From the NCBI GenBank assembly GCA_037446635.1, contig JBBIIG010000027.1:10892-57076 (forward strand): 46,185 nt of DNA, written 5' to 3'. This DNA comes from a bacterium (lineage in GTDB: Bacteria > Zhuqueibacterota > Zhuqueibacteria > Oceanimicrobiales > Oceanimicrobiaceae). A program made the position numbers and the translations under genes. Shown here in pieces: positions 38,436-46,185 of this stretch (position 1 is its first letter; each line of letters opens with the position of its first letter). A model generated the notes under the pieces. That model ran no database searches and was not told the DNA's origin. It worked only from the letters and a program-made list of their open reading frames with translations.

Positions 38436-39104
38436 CTACAACAATGGGTTGTCGTTCACAACCAATCGGAATTGGCACCCAAGAAAATTGGCGGCGCGTT
38501 TGCAGTACAACATGCGGTTCAGAAAAATCTCGAAATATTCCATCACGGAAGCGATCTTAACATCGATGGTGAGAAATAGCGTGATGGTTTTATTTTCCGC
38601 GTCCACCTGCAAATACGATTTGTTGACGGCGTAATTGACGCGGTCGTGAATATCAAATTTGATCATGTCGGGATTGCGCACCCGCGAGCGGTGCACGTCC
38701 GATTTATCGGCAATGATGAGCCCGGCGCTGATGCTGCTGACAGGCTCGAAGCCATTATCATCGTGGCTGCCAATGGCCGCCACAATGGCCGTGATTTCGC
38801 GCGGGTCCATGCCGATATCTTTCAACAAAGTATGCGCCAAAACCGCGCCCGTGTAAGCATGATTGATGCGGTTAAAAACATTGCCGATATCATGCAGATA
38901 CCCCGAAATCGCGCACAGTTCCGCTTCCCGCTCCGAGCGTCCCAGTTTGAGCAACAGGTTGCGGGCCATTTTGGCCACCAAACTGCAGTGGCGCGTTCCG
39001 TGCTCGGTGTAACCGATCACCGCCAAATACTCATCCGCACGGTCAATATACGCTTGCACTTGCGGATTCTTTTTTACGTCCTGTAAGGTAATTTGAGTCG
39101 CCAT
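38436..39104 (-). CDS. HD-domain phosphohydrolase
   Basis: YTEHG.RH, YLHDIGN, AIGSHD, IADKSDVHRSRVR, DIHDRVNYAV. Confidence 0.9.
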   Translation of the reverse strand: MATQITLQDVKKNPQVQAYIDRADEYLAVIGYTEHGTRHCSLVAKMARNLLLKLGRSEREAELCAISGYLHDIGNVFNRINHAYTGAVLAHTLLKDIGMDPREITAIVAAIGSHDDNGFEPVSSISAGLIIADKSDVHRSRVRNPDMIKFDIHDRVNYAVNKSYLQVDAENKTITLFLTIDVKIASVMEYFEIFLNRMLYCKRAANFLGCQFRLVVNDNPLL

Positions 39105-39136
39105 AACCGATCAACTTCCTCTTAAAAATTAATTCA

Positions 39137-39757
39137 TCATATCAAAAATGGATTCGTGCGCCGTTCAATTCCGATGGTGGTGGCGGGGCCGTGACCGGGA
39201 TAGACCAACGTATCGTCCCCCAACGGAAAGAGTTTGCTTTTAATTGAACCGATTAGAACATCGAAATCGCCGCCCGGCAAATCGGTGCGGCCGATGGAAC
39301 CGGCGAACAAGACGTCGCCGACGAACGCCAGACCTTTCGTGACAAACGAAATGCTGCCCGGCGAATGGCCGGGCGTGTGCAGCACTTCGAAGCGCTGTTT
39401 CCCAAATTCGATGCTCTCTCTTTCATCAACGTAAGTATCTACCTGCGGAACCCCTGAAGTGGATAAACCGAACGCCGCGGCTTGGGCGGGCAAATTATCC
39501 AGCAGAAACTGATCGGAGCGCTGCATGAAAAGCGGCGCGTTAAGCTGGCGCTTAACCGCGTCCGCCTCTTTCACGTGATCGAGATGGGCGTGGGTGATGA
39601 GGATGTATTTGATGTGCAGCTTGTGCTTTTCGATGGCCCTGAGAATTCTCCCAACTTCATCGCCGGGATCGATAACCACGCCTTCACGAGTTTCTTCGCA
39701 GCCAACGACGTAACAATTTTCTGCAAAAACGCCAACTTCGAGTCTTTCGATAATCAT
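39137..39757 (-). CDS. MBL-fold metallo-hydrolase (glyoxalase II-like)
   Basis: THAHLDHV, HTPGHSPG, GDVLFAGSIGRTD, YPGHG; start at 39757 or 39763. Confidence 0.93.
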   Translation of the reverse strand: MIIERLEVGVFAENCYVVGCEETREGVVIDPGDEVGRILRAIEKHKLHIKYILITHAHLDHVKEADAVKRQLNAPLFMQRSDQFLLDNLPAQAAAFGLSTSGVPQVDTYVDERESIEFGKQRFEVLHTPGHSPGSISFVTKGLAFVGDVLFAGSIGRTDLPGGDFDVLIGSIKSKLFPLGDDTLVYPGHGPATTIGIERRTNPFLI

Positions 39758-40608
39758 GAACAATCAGCTAACATTCGCGCCTGCTGAGCAGCAGCCTTGA
39801 TTTTTTCGACGGCCGCGTAAGAAATCGTGTATCTGCCCAAAACATCGTCGCCCCTTTTTCCACCGTGAAAATCGGACCCGCCGGTCTCCACCAAACCGTA
39901 GCTCTGCGCCAGCGCGCGATAATTGCGCACCTGCTCGTCGCTGTGTTTTGGGTGAATCACTTCAATGCCTTCGACGCCAGCTTTAATCAAAAACAGCAGA
40001 TCATCTTGCGTTAAGGATTGGCCGGGATGGGCTATCGAACAAATTCCGCCGGCGTCGCGAACCAGGTTGATGGTGGTCTGAATATCCAGTCGGTATTTTT
40101 CGATGTTGGCCGGCTTGCCGTCGCCCAAATAGCGATTGAAGGCATCTTGAAAGGAATAGACGTGCCCTTCGTCCAGGAGAACGCTGGCAATGTGAGGACG
40201 TCCAACGGAGCCGGATCCGGCTTTTTTCAAAACTGCGTCGAATGAAATCGGCGCCCCCAACTTGTTCAACCGTTCAACAATTTTTCGCGCCCGTTTCAGC
40301 CGCTCGATGCGCACCGTTTTTAAATGCTCGACTAATTTTGAGTTGGCATAATCGAAACAATAAGCCAAAATATGCAAATCGTAATTCTCATAATCAACGC
40401 TCAGCTCCACGCCGCTGATCACCTCGATTCCAAAACGCGCGCCGTACTCGATGGCTTGCGGCAAGCCGCTGATGTCATCGTGATCCACAATCGCAATGGC
40501 GCGCAAGCCGAGCGGCCGCAAAAGATCGATGAGCTCCTTCGGTGAATAATAGCCGTCGGAACGGTTGGTGTGCAAATGCAGATCGGCTGAGCCGTTTTGA
40601 TTTTCCAT
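39754..40608 (-). CDS. PHP-domain phosphoesterase (TrpH/RNase AM-like)
   Basis: DLHLHT..SDG, DHD, GVELS, HILAY, GRPHIA, AHP, GGSDFHG. Confidence 0.92.
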   Translation of the reverse strand: MENQNGSADLHLHTNRSDGYYSPKELIDLLRPLGLRAIAIVDHDDISGLPQAIEYGARFGIEVISGVELSVDYENYDLHILAYCFDYANSKLVEHLKTVRIERLKRARKIVERLNKLGAPISFDAVLKKAGSGSVGRPHIASVLLDEGHVYSFQDAFNRYLGDGKPANIEKYRLDIQTTINLVRDAGGICSIAHPGQSLTQDDLLFLIKAGVEGIEVIHPKHSDEQVRNYRALAQSYGLVETGGSDFHGGKRGDDVLGRYTISYAAVEKIKAAAQQARMLADCS

Positions 40609-40627
40609 ATATTCAGCGGCGCCAGTT

Positions 40628-41182
40628 TTAAACTTTGGGCAGCGTTACTCCCAGTTGTGATTGGTACTTGCCTTTTTTATCCGCGTACGAAACCAGGCAC
40701 TCCTCGTCGCTTTCGAAAAATAAAATTTGGGCGATGCCTTCCCCCGAGTAAATCCGCGCTGGCAAGGGCGTGGTATTGGAAATTTCCAGGGTCACGTGGC
40801 CTTCCCACCCCGGTTCCAGCGGCGTTACGTTGGTGATGATGCCGCAGCGGGCGTAGGTGGATTTACCGACGCAAATGGTCATCACGTTGCGCGGAATTGT
40901 GAAATACTCCACCGTGCGCCCCAGCGCAAACGAGTTCGGCGGGATGATGCAGATTTCGCCTTTGAAATCCACAAAGGAGCGCGGGTCAAAATTTTTTGGA
41001 TCTACGATCGTCGAATTCAAGTTGGTAAAAATTTTATATTCGTTGGAAATGCGGACGTCGTAACCATACGATGACAGGCCGAAAGAGATCACGCCCTGAC
41101 GCACCTGGCTTTCCACAAAGGGCTGGATCATATTTTGTTCCAACGCCATCTTTTTTATCCATTTGTCGGGTTTTATCGCCAT
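40628..41182 (-). CDS. dcd: dCTP deaminase
   Basis: [36 protein letters not shown]. Confidence 0.97.
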   Translation of the reverse strand: MAIKPDKWIKKMALEQNMIQPFVESQVRQGVISFGLSSYGYDVRISNEYKIFTNLNSTIVDPKNFDPRSFVDFKGEICIIPPNSFALGRTVEYFTIPRNVMTICVGKSTYARCGIITNVTPLEPGWEGHVTLEISNTTPLPARIYSGEGIAQILFFESDEECLVSYADKKGKYQSQLGVTLPKV

Positions 41183-41212
41183 TCATTTCCTCTACAAAAC
41201 TATCGCCCAAAT

Positions 41213-42001
41213 TTATGCTGACTTGATGGCGGCGGCCTGCTCTTTTTTCAACGCGAATTTGGAAACCAAAATGCTGATTTCATACAAAATCACCAGCGGC
41301 CCGGCCAGCAGTAATTGCGAGAACACATCGGTGGTGGGCGTCAGAATCGCGGCGAGGATAAAAATGACCACGATGCCGTGCCGGCGGTAATGCCTCATGA
41401 ACGCTGGCGTCAAAAAGCCGATGCGCGTCAAAAAAAAAGAAAGGATGGGAAGCTCGAAAACCACTCCGAAAACCAGGATCATCATGCCAACAAACTCGAG
41501 ATAGTCGTTGATCGAAATGGTCGCCACCAAATCCACCGTTTCAAACCCCAATAAAAAATTGAGGCCGTACGGCAGTACATAAAAATAACAAAACAGCGCG
41601 CCGCTCAGAAAACACGCGGTGGAAAAAAAAACCACGATTGGCACATAGCGCCGCTCTTTTTCAAGCAAGCCCGGCATCACGAACTGCCAGAGTTGATAAA
41701 AAACCACGGGGGTGGCCGCGATCAGCCCAGCAAAAATGGCAAGCTTGAGATGAATCATGAAGCCGCCGGTGGGCGTCAAAAAAATCAGTTTTTTGGACGC
41801 GCCGTTACTGAGGGCGGCCACCGCTTGATTATAAGGCCGCAGCAGCAGCGCCAGGATTTCATCGGAAAAAAAGTAAGCCGCCAGCCCAAACACGAAAATC
41901 GCCAAAATAGATTTTACCAGCCGCCAACGCAGCTCTTCCAAATGATCGAGGAATGGCATTTCTTTTTCGGTGATTTTTTGCTGACGGCTGCCGTTGTTCA
42001 T
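41213..42001 (-). CDS. tatC: Twin-arginine translocase subunit TatC
   Basis: DHLEELRWRL, YQLWQFV.PGL..E, FELP, AAILTP.D, LYEISI. Confidence 0.97.
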   Translation of the reverse strand: MNNGSRQQKITEKEMPFLDHLEELRWRLVKSILAIFVFGLAAYFFSDEILALLLRPYNQAVAALSNGASKKLIFLTPTGGFMIHLKLAIFAGLIAATPVVFYQLWQFVMPGLLEKERRYVPIVVFFSTACFLSGALFCYFYVLPYGLNFLLGFETVDLVATISINDYLEFVGMMILVFGVVFELPILSFFLTRIGFLTPAFMRHYRRHGIVVIFILAAILTPTTDVFSQLLLAGPLVILYEISILVSKFALKKEQAAAIKSA

Positions 42002-42086
42002 AAAACTCTGTTTTCAACAAAAGAGCAGATAGTGCCTCTTGAAAAGACAAATCTACCTGCTCAGTAAAGTTCATCCAATCTTAAAA

Positions 42087-42557
42087 TCACAATCTGCTTT
42101 TTTTGTTACTTTTGAGGCCTTCCAGCTCATTCAAAAATTCTTCTTTGTCCTGGAAATTTCGATAAACTGAGGCGAAGCGCACGTAGGCCACCTCGTCGAG
42201 GTTGCGGAGGTAATCGATCACCAGTTCTCCGATCTCGCGCGACGGCACCTCATCCTGAAAGCGGTCGCGTAACATACCTTCGATTTTGTTGACGACGGAA
42301 TCGATTTTTCCGGTTGATACCGGGCGTTTCTTGCAGGCGACTTGAATGCTGCGTTTGAGTTTGTCGCGATCATAAAGTTCCCGCCGGCCATCGACTTTCA
42401 CCACCATAAGCGCCGATTCTTCAACATACTCTTTGGTGGTAAATCGGCGCTGGCAGCGCAGGCACTCGCGCCGGCGTCTCACCACCCGGCCGTCGCTGCT
42501 CGAGCGCGAGTCGATAACTTTGCTGTCCTCGAATTTGCAGAATGGGCATCGCATCAC
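42087..42557 (-). CDS. nrdR: Transcriptional repressor NrdR
   Basis: CPFC, VIDSR, RRRREC..C..RFTT, ATP cone, VAYVRFASVYR. Confidence 0.98.
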   Translation of the reverse strand: MMRCPFCKFEDSKVIDSRSSSDGRVVRRRRECLRCQRRFTTKEYVEESALMVVKVDGRRELYDRDKLKRSIQVACKKRPVSTGKIDSVVNKIEGMLRDRFQDEVPSREIGELVIDYLRNLDEVAYVRFASVYRNFQDKEEFLNELEGLKSNKKSRL

Positions 42558-43858
42558 TAAGCGGCTTGTAAAATTTCCTGATAAAGGGGGAAACGCGCGG
42601 CCAGATCGGCGACTTGCCCCTTCACGAGCTTGAGCACGGATTCGTTCTCGCCGTCCGAAAGGATCTTGTCAATCAAAAACGCCACCTCCTCCATTTCGCT
42701 CTCTTTCATACCGCGGGTGGTGAGGGCCGGCGTGCCGATGCGGATGCCGCTGGTGACAAACGGGCTTTGGGTATCAAACGGCACCATGTTTTTGTTTACG
42801 GTGATGCCAGCCTTTTCTAAAATTTCTTCGGCGTCTTTACCAGTGATGTTTTTATTGCGCAAATCCACCAGCATCAAATGGGTGTCGGTTCCGCCGGATA
42901 CAATGTTGTATCCAAAATCCATCAGCTTGTTGGCCAAGGCTTCAGCGTTGCGGATGACTTGCCGCGAATAGTCTTTAAAACTCGGCTCTAACGCCTCTTT
43001 GAAGGCCACGGCTTTGGCGGCGATGACGTGCATCAGCGGCCCGCCCTGAAAACCGGGAAAGACATTGGAGTCCACAATTTCCGACCAGGTTTTAACGCGG
43101 CCTTTGGGCGTTTTCAAGCCTAAATCGTTTTCAGAATCTTTGCCGATGAGAATCATCCCCCCGCGCGGGCCGCGAAGGGTTTTGTGCGTGGTGGTGGTTA
43201 CAAAGTGGCAGTGCGGCATCGGACTCTGTAGAAATCCCGTAGCGATCAAGCCGGCCGGGTGGGCGATATCGGCAAGCAAATATGCCTTGACTTTATCGGC
43301 GATATCGCGGAAAGCTTTGTAATCGATCTCGCGCGAATAGGCGCTGGCGCCGGCGATAATCAGCTTCGGCTTTTCTTTATGAGCGAGCGCCGCCACTTCA
43401 TCCAAATTGATGCGACCACTTTTAGCATCGACGCCGTAGAACACGACGCGAAACATTCTGCCGGAAAAATTGACCGGACTGCCGTGGGTGAGATGACCGC
43501 CGTGCGCGAGGTTCATTCCCAAAATGGTGTCGCCGGGATTCAAAACCGAAAAATAGGCGGCGATATTGGCCTGGGAACCGGAGTGGGGTTGCACATTGGC
43601 GTATTCCGCATTGAATAGCTTCTTGGCGCGTTCACGGGCCAACTCCTCTGCAACATCAACGAACTCGCAGCCGCCGTAATAGCGTTTGCCGGGATAGCCC
43701 TCTGCATATTTGTTGGTCATCGTCTGGCCTAGAGCTTCCAGGACGGCGAGACTGACAAAATTTTCCGAGGCGATTAATTCCAGCTTTTCATTTTGGCGGC
43801 GGGTTTCGGCGATGATGGCTTTATAAATCTGGGGATCGCTTTGTTTTAAATGTTCCAA
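42557..43858 (-). CDS. glyA: Serine hydroxymethyltransferase
   Basis: [49 protein letters not shown]. Confidence 0.98.
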   Translation of the reverse strand: MEHLKQSDPQIYKAIIAETRRQNEKLELIASENFVSLAVLEALGQTMTNKYAEGYPGKRYYGGCEFVDVAEELARERAKKLFNAEYANVQPHSGSQANIAAYFSVLNPGDTILGMNLAHGGHLTHGSPVNFSGRMFRVVFYGVDAKSGRINLDEVAALAHKEKPKLIIAGASAYSREIDYKAFRDIADKVKAYLLADIAHPAGLIATGFLQSPMPHCHFVTTTTHKTLRGPRGGMILIGKDSENDLGLKTPKGRVKTWSEIVDSNVFPGFQGGPLMHVIAAKAVAFKEALEPSFKDYSRQVIRNAEALANKLMDFGYNIVSGGTDTHLMLVDLRNKNITGKDAEEILEKAGITVNKNMVPFDTQSPFVTSGIRIGTPALTTRGMKESEMEEVAFLIDKILSDGENESVLKLVKGQVADLAARFPLYQEILQAA

Positions 43859-43925
43859 GATACACTCCTCTCCCCTTTTAAACCGAATTTTTGAAGTTTG
43901 TGGAAAACCAGAGCGCGCCGCTTCT

Positions 43926-45281
43926 TTACCGCCCCAAACGCCGGTTCAGCGCGTTCCAAAAAGCTGAACCGAACTCCGAGTCGGAAATCCACTGGTAGCA
44001 TTCGCCGGCTGGCCGTTTCTCGCCGGTATGCATAAAGACGTCTTCAGTTGTGGGAGCCACGGGCAAAAGGTAGTTGCTTTTATTTTCCGCTTCGCGGCGG
44101 TAACCGGGGTCGTTAAAAGCGTTGCGATATTGTTGATAGGCCAGCTCATAAACCAGCTTATCGTTATAATCGACTTTACCGCCCTTGGGCCTGACGCAGC
44201 GATCGGCGCTGGCTTCATAGACTTCTCCGAGCGCGATCCAGGCTAAGCCAAAACTGTTGTCCACATTCAGGGCGCGCACGGCAAACGAACGGGCGGTGGT
44301 GAAATTCCCCAACCCGCGGTAGCAGCGGCTGATCTCTGCGAGAACTTTTTTGTTATCGGGTTGAATATCGAGGATTTTTTTAAATTCAGCGATGGCCTCG
44401 TTGTATCTTTCCAGCCGCTGATAGGCAACGCCCACAAACTCGATGGCCCCCACATCTTTCGGGGATAAGGCCAAAAATTCTTTGAAGCGCTCGATGGCTT
44501 TTTCATATTCGCCGCGGTCAAAATACATTTTGCCCAGCTCGAAGCGAACCTGCGCGTTCTGCGGGTCCTGCTCGCGCAGCTTCTCCCGCGCCTCAATCAA
44601 AGCTTCGATATCGCCGGTGGAGGCAATCAGCGCCGCCAGGTTATTTTGCGACTCGACATCGTTAGGATCGATTTCCAGCGCGTGGTTGTAGGTCGCAATG
44701 GCGTCGTCGCGGCGGTCGTTTTTGACATAGAGCGCCGCCAATTGCTTCAAATCGTCCTTCAAAGTGGTGAGCTGCTTTTCATCGGTCTTTGCCTCTTCTT
44801 CCATCAGCCGCACGACGGTTTCATACTTCTCAATGGCCGGCTCGATTTGCTCGGTTTGCGCTAAGAAATACCCCACCAAACGATGCAAATAGGCATCGTC
44901 AGGGTATCTTTGCAGCCCCAATTCATAGACGATTTTAGCGCTGTCCGGCTTTTCCATCTTAAAATAGCTGTCGCCGAGATAGCGAAACACCGTTGGGAAG
45001 CGCTTAATCGTATCCAATTCGACAACTTTCCAAAAGTGTTTTGAGGCGTCTTTATACTGCTTATTTTTGTAGTTTTCAAACCCAAAGCTCCAATACTTAT
45101 TCAGTTCCATGATATAAGCTTGTTTTTGAGCTTCGGAATCGACGGCGTTTTCTTTGTCGTTTTTCCCCTTCTTTTTCTGGGCAAAAGATGGGTCAACAAA
45201 AATCGTAAGTAAACATAGCGTTACAGCCAAAGAAAGCCCTACACCCAAAGTTTGCCGAAGTCCAGTTTTTTTATGTGCCAC
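43926..45281 (-). CDS. Exported tetratricopeptide-repeat protein
   Basis: Signal-like N-terminus; multiple TPR motifs (e.g. [30 protein letters not shown]). Confidence 0.88.
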   Translation of the reverse strand: MAHKKTGLRQTLGVGLSLAVTLCLLTIFVDPSFAQKKKGKNDKENAVDSEAQKQAYIMELNKYWSFGFENYKNKQYKDASKHFWKVVELDTIKRFPTVFRYLGDSYFKMEKPDSAKIVYELGLQRYPDDAYLHRLVGYFLAQTEQIEPAIEKYETVVRLMEEEAKTDEKQLTTLKDDLKQLAALYVKNDRRDDAIATYNHALEIDPNDVESQNNLAALIASTGDIEALIEAREKLREQDPQNAQVRFELGKMYFDRGEYEKAIERFKEFLALSPKDVGAIEFVGVAYQRLERYNEAIAEFKKILDIQPDNKKVLAEISRCYRGLGNFTTARSFAVRALNVDNSFGLAWIALGEVYEASADRCVRPKGGKVDYNDKLVYELAYQQYRNAFNDPGYRREAENKSNYLLPVAPTTEDVFMHTGEKRPAGECYQWISDSEFGSAFWNALNRRLGR

Positions 45282-45394
45282 TGTGTCTTCCTCCCAGACA
45301 TTTCAATAACTTGGTGTGTCTGAAATTTTGAATTTGAGTAAAAAATCATAACGAAATTTTGCCTAAAATGCAAGCTATTTGTTACAGCCATTTT

Positions 45395-46185
45395 TTATCT
45401 TTCGCCGCCGCGGAAGAACCAGAGCTCGCCAACGGTCACACTGCCCGTAAACCGGATGACGGTCTCGCGAAAGGTATTGGTATTCAATGAGCCTCGTTTG
45501 CCGGCCTCCAGGGCGAGATCGAGCCGAGCGGCCGCCCATTTAATGGGCAAACTGACTCCAACCGAGCCGAAGATTTCGGTAACTTTTTCGCCGGAGCGTT
45601 CAACTAATCCCAAATCATGGTAAAAAAAGCCGGCGCGGAAGGCCATGCGGCTGAGATAGGAATCTCGAAGCTGGCCGCGTCCGGAATACTCCAGCCCCAG
45701 CGCAATTCTCCGGCTGTCGTTTTCAAAGCCCTCCTGATTGACTTCGCTCCAGCGCTGAGAGTAATAATCCATTGCCACCGTCAGCTTGCGGGCGATCTCA
45801 AAGGAGGTTCCGAACCCAAAGGCCAGCGGCAGCTCAACCTCGCTGTCTGGCAAATCGGTGAACTCCGTAATGCGCCGCAAAATGATGGTGGTATTGGCGT
45901 CCAGAGTGACCGGCGGCGTCAGCACGCCGCCGATGCGCCACGAGGGCAGGGCTTTGTAAAGGAATCCAAAACGTACGTTGCCGGCGGTAAAGCTTCGGGA
46001 GACCTCGTCCTGAGTATTGAGAAACTGGGGAGAATCGAAAATGATGCGCCAAATATTTCGCAGCGTGCCAAAGTAAAATAGTCCCGAGACGCCTAAATAA
46101 AGTTTTTTGACCGGCTGCACCCCAATACTCAGAAATCCGGTGTTGACGCCGCCATCGCCCGTGACGATCTCGTCGTAACCATTCG
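45395..46185 (-). CDS. Outer-membrane beta-barrel protein (FadL-like), 5'-truncated by the window edge
   Basis: The frame stays open to the window end (..NGYDEIVTGDGGVNTGFLSIGVQPV..); alternating beta-strand pattern, LGLEY, FRAGF.Y, C-terminal GELWF. Confidence 0.7.
   Translation of the reverse strand, partial: NGYDEIVTGDGGVNTGFLSIGVQPVKKLYLGVSGLFYFGTLRNIWRIIFDSPQFLNTQDEVSRSFTAGNVRFGFLYKALPSWRIGGVLTPPVTLDANTTIILRRITEFTDLPDSEVELPLAFGFGTSFEIARKLTVAMDYYSQRWSEVNQEGFENDSRRIALGLEYSGRGQLRDSYLSRMAFRAGFFYHDLGLVERSGEKVTEIFGSVGVSLPIKWAAARLDLALEAGKRGSLNTNTFRETVIRFTGSVTVGELWFFRGGER

Overview
Bacterial chromosomal window with almost all genes on the minus strand. The gene content and order suggest a Gram-negative FCB-group/KSB1-like organism (inference only). 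The left ~9.4 kb is an accessory defence island just beyond the 3' end of tRNA-Gly(CCC). It carries a type III-D CRISPR-Cas effector operon, transcribed right to left: NE0113-family CARF-wHTH gene, Can2/Card1-like CARF nuclease, short HD-less Cas10 with NGDD in place of GGDD, standalone Cas7, Cas5(Csx10) with a helical Cas11-like tail, and a Cas7-Cas7 fusion. The fusion is missing from the ORF track and runs off the left edge. No CRISPR array, cas1/2 or cas6 is inside the window. The ~880-bp non-coding stretch between the operon and the tRNA holds a near-consensus sigma70 promoter overlapped by a palindrome, a structured 5' leader and a second unexplained structured RNA candidate. The remaining ~36 kb is mostly housekeeping: miaA, hflKC, transketolase-like protein, cold-shock protein, peptidases, glycosyltransferases, argF, hslUV, rpoN, lptBAC, pyrG, gatC, rpmA, rplU, rng, dcd, tatC, nrdR and glyA. 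Oddities in this part include a transketolase with an 8-Cys C-terminal domain, a Cys-rich peptide fused to a CBS protein across an A8 tract, a subtilase with a GGGCC-TM-basic tail, and several REP-like palindromes. All family assignments come from motif recognition by eye; no searches were run.
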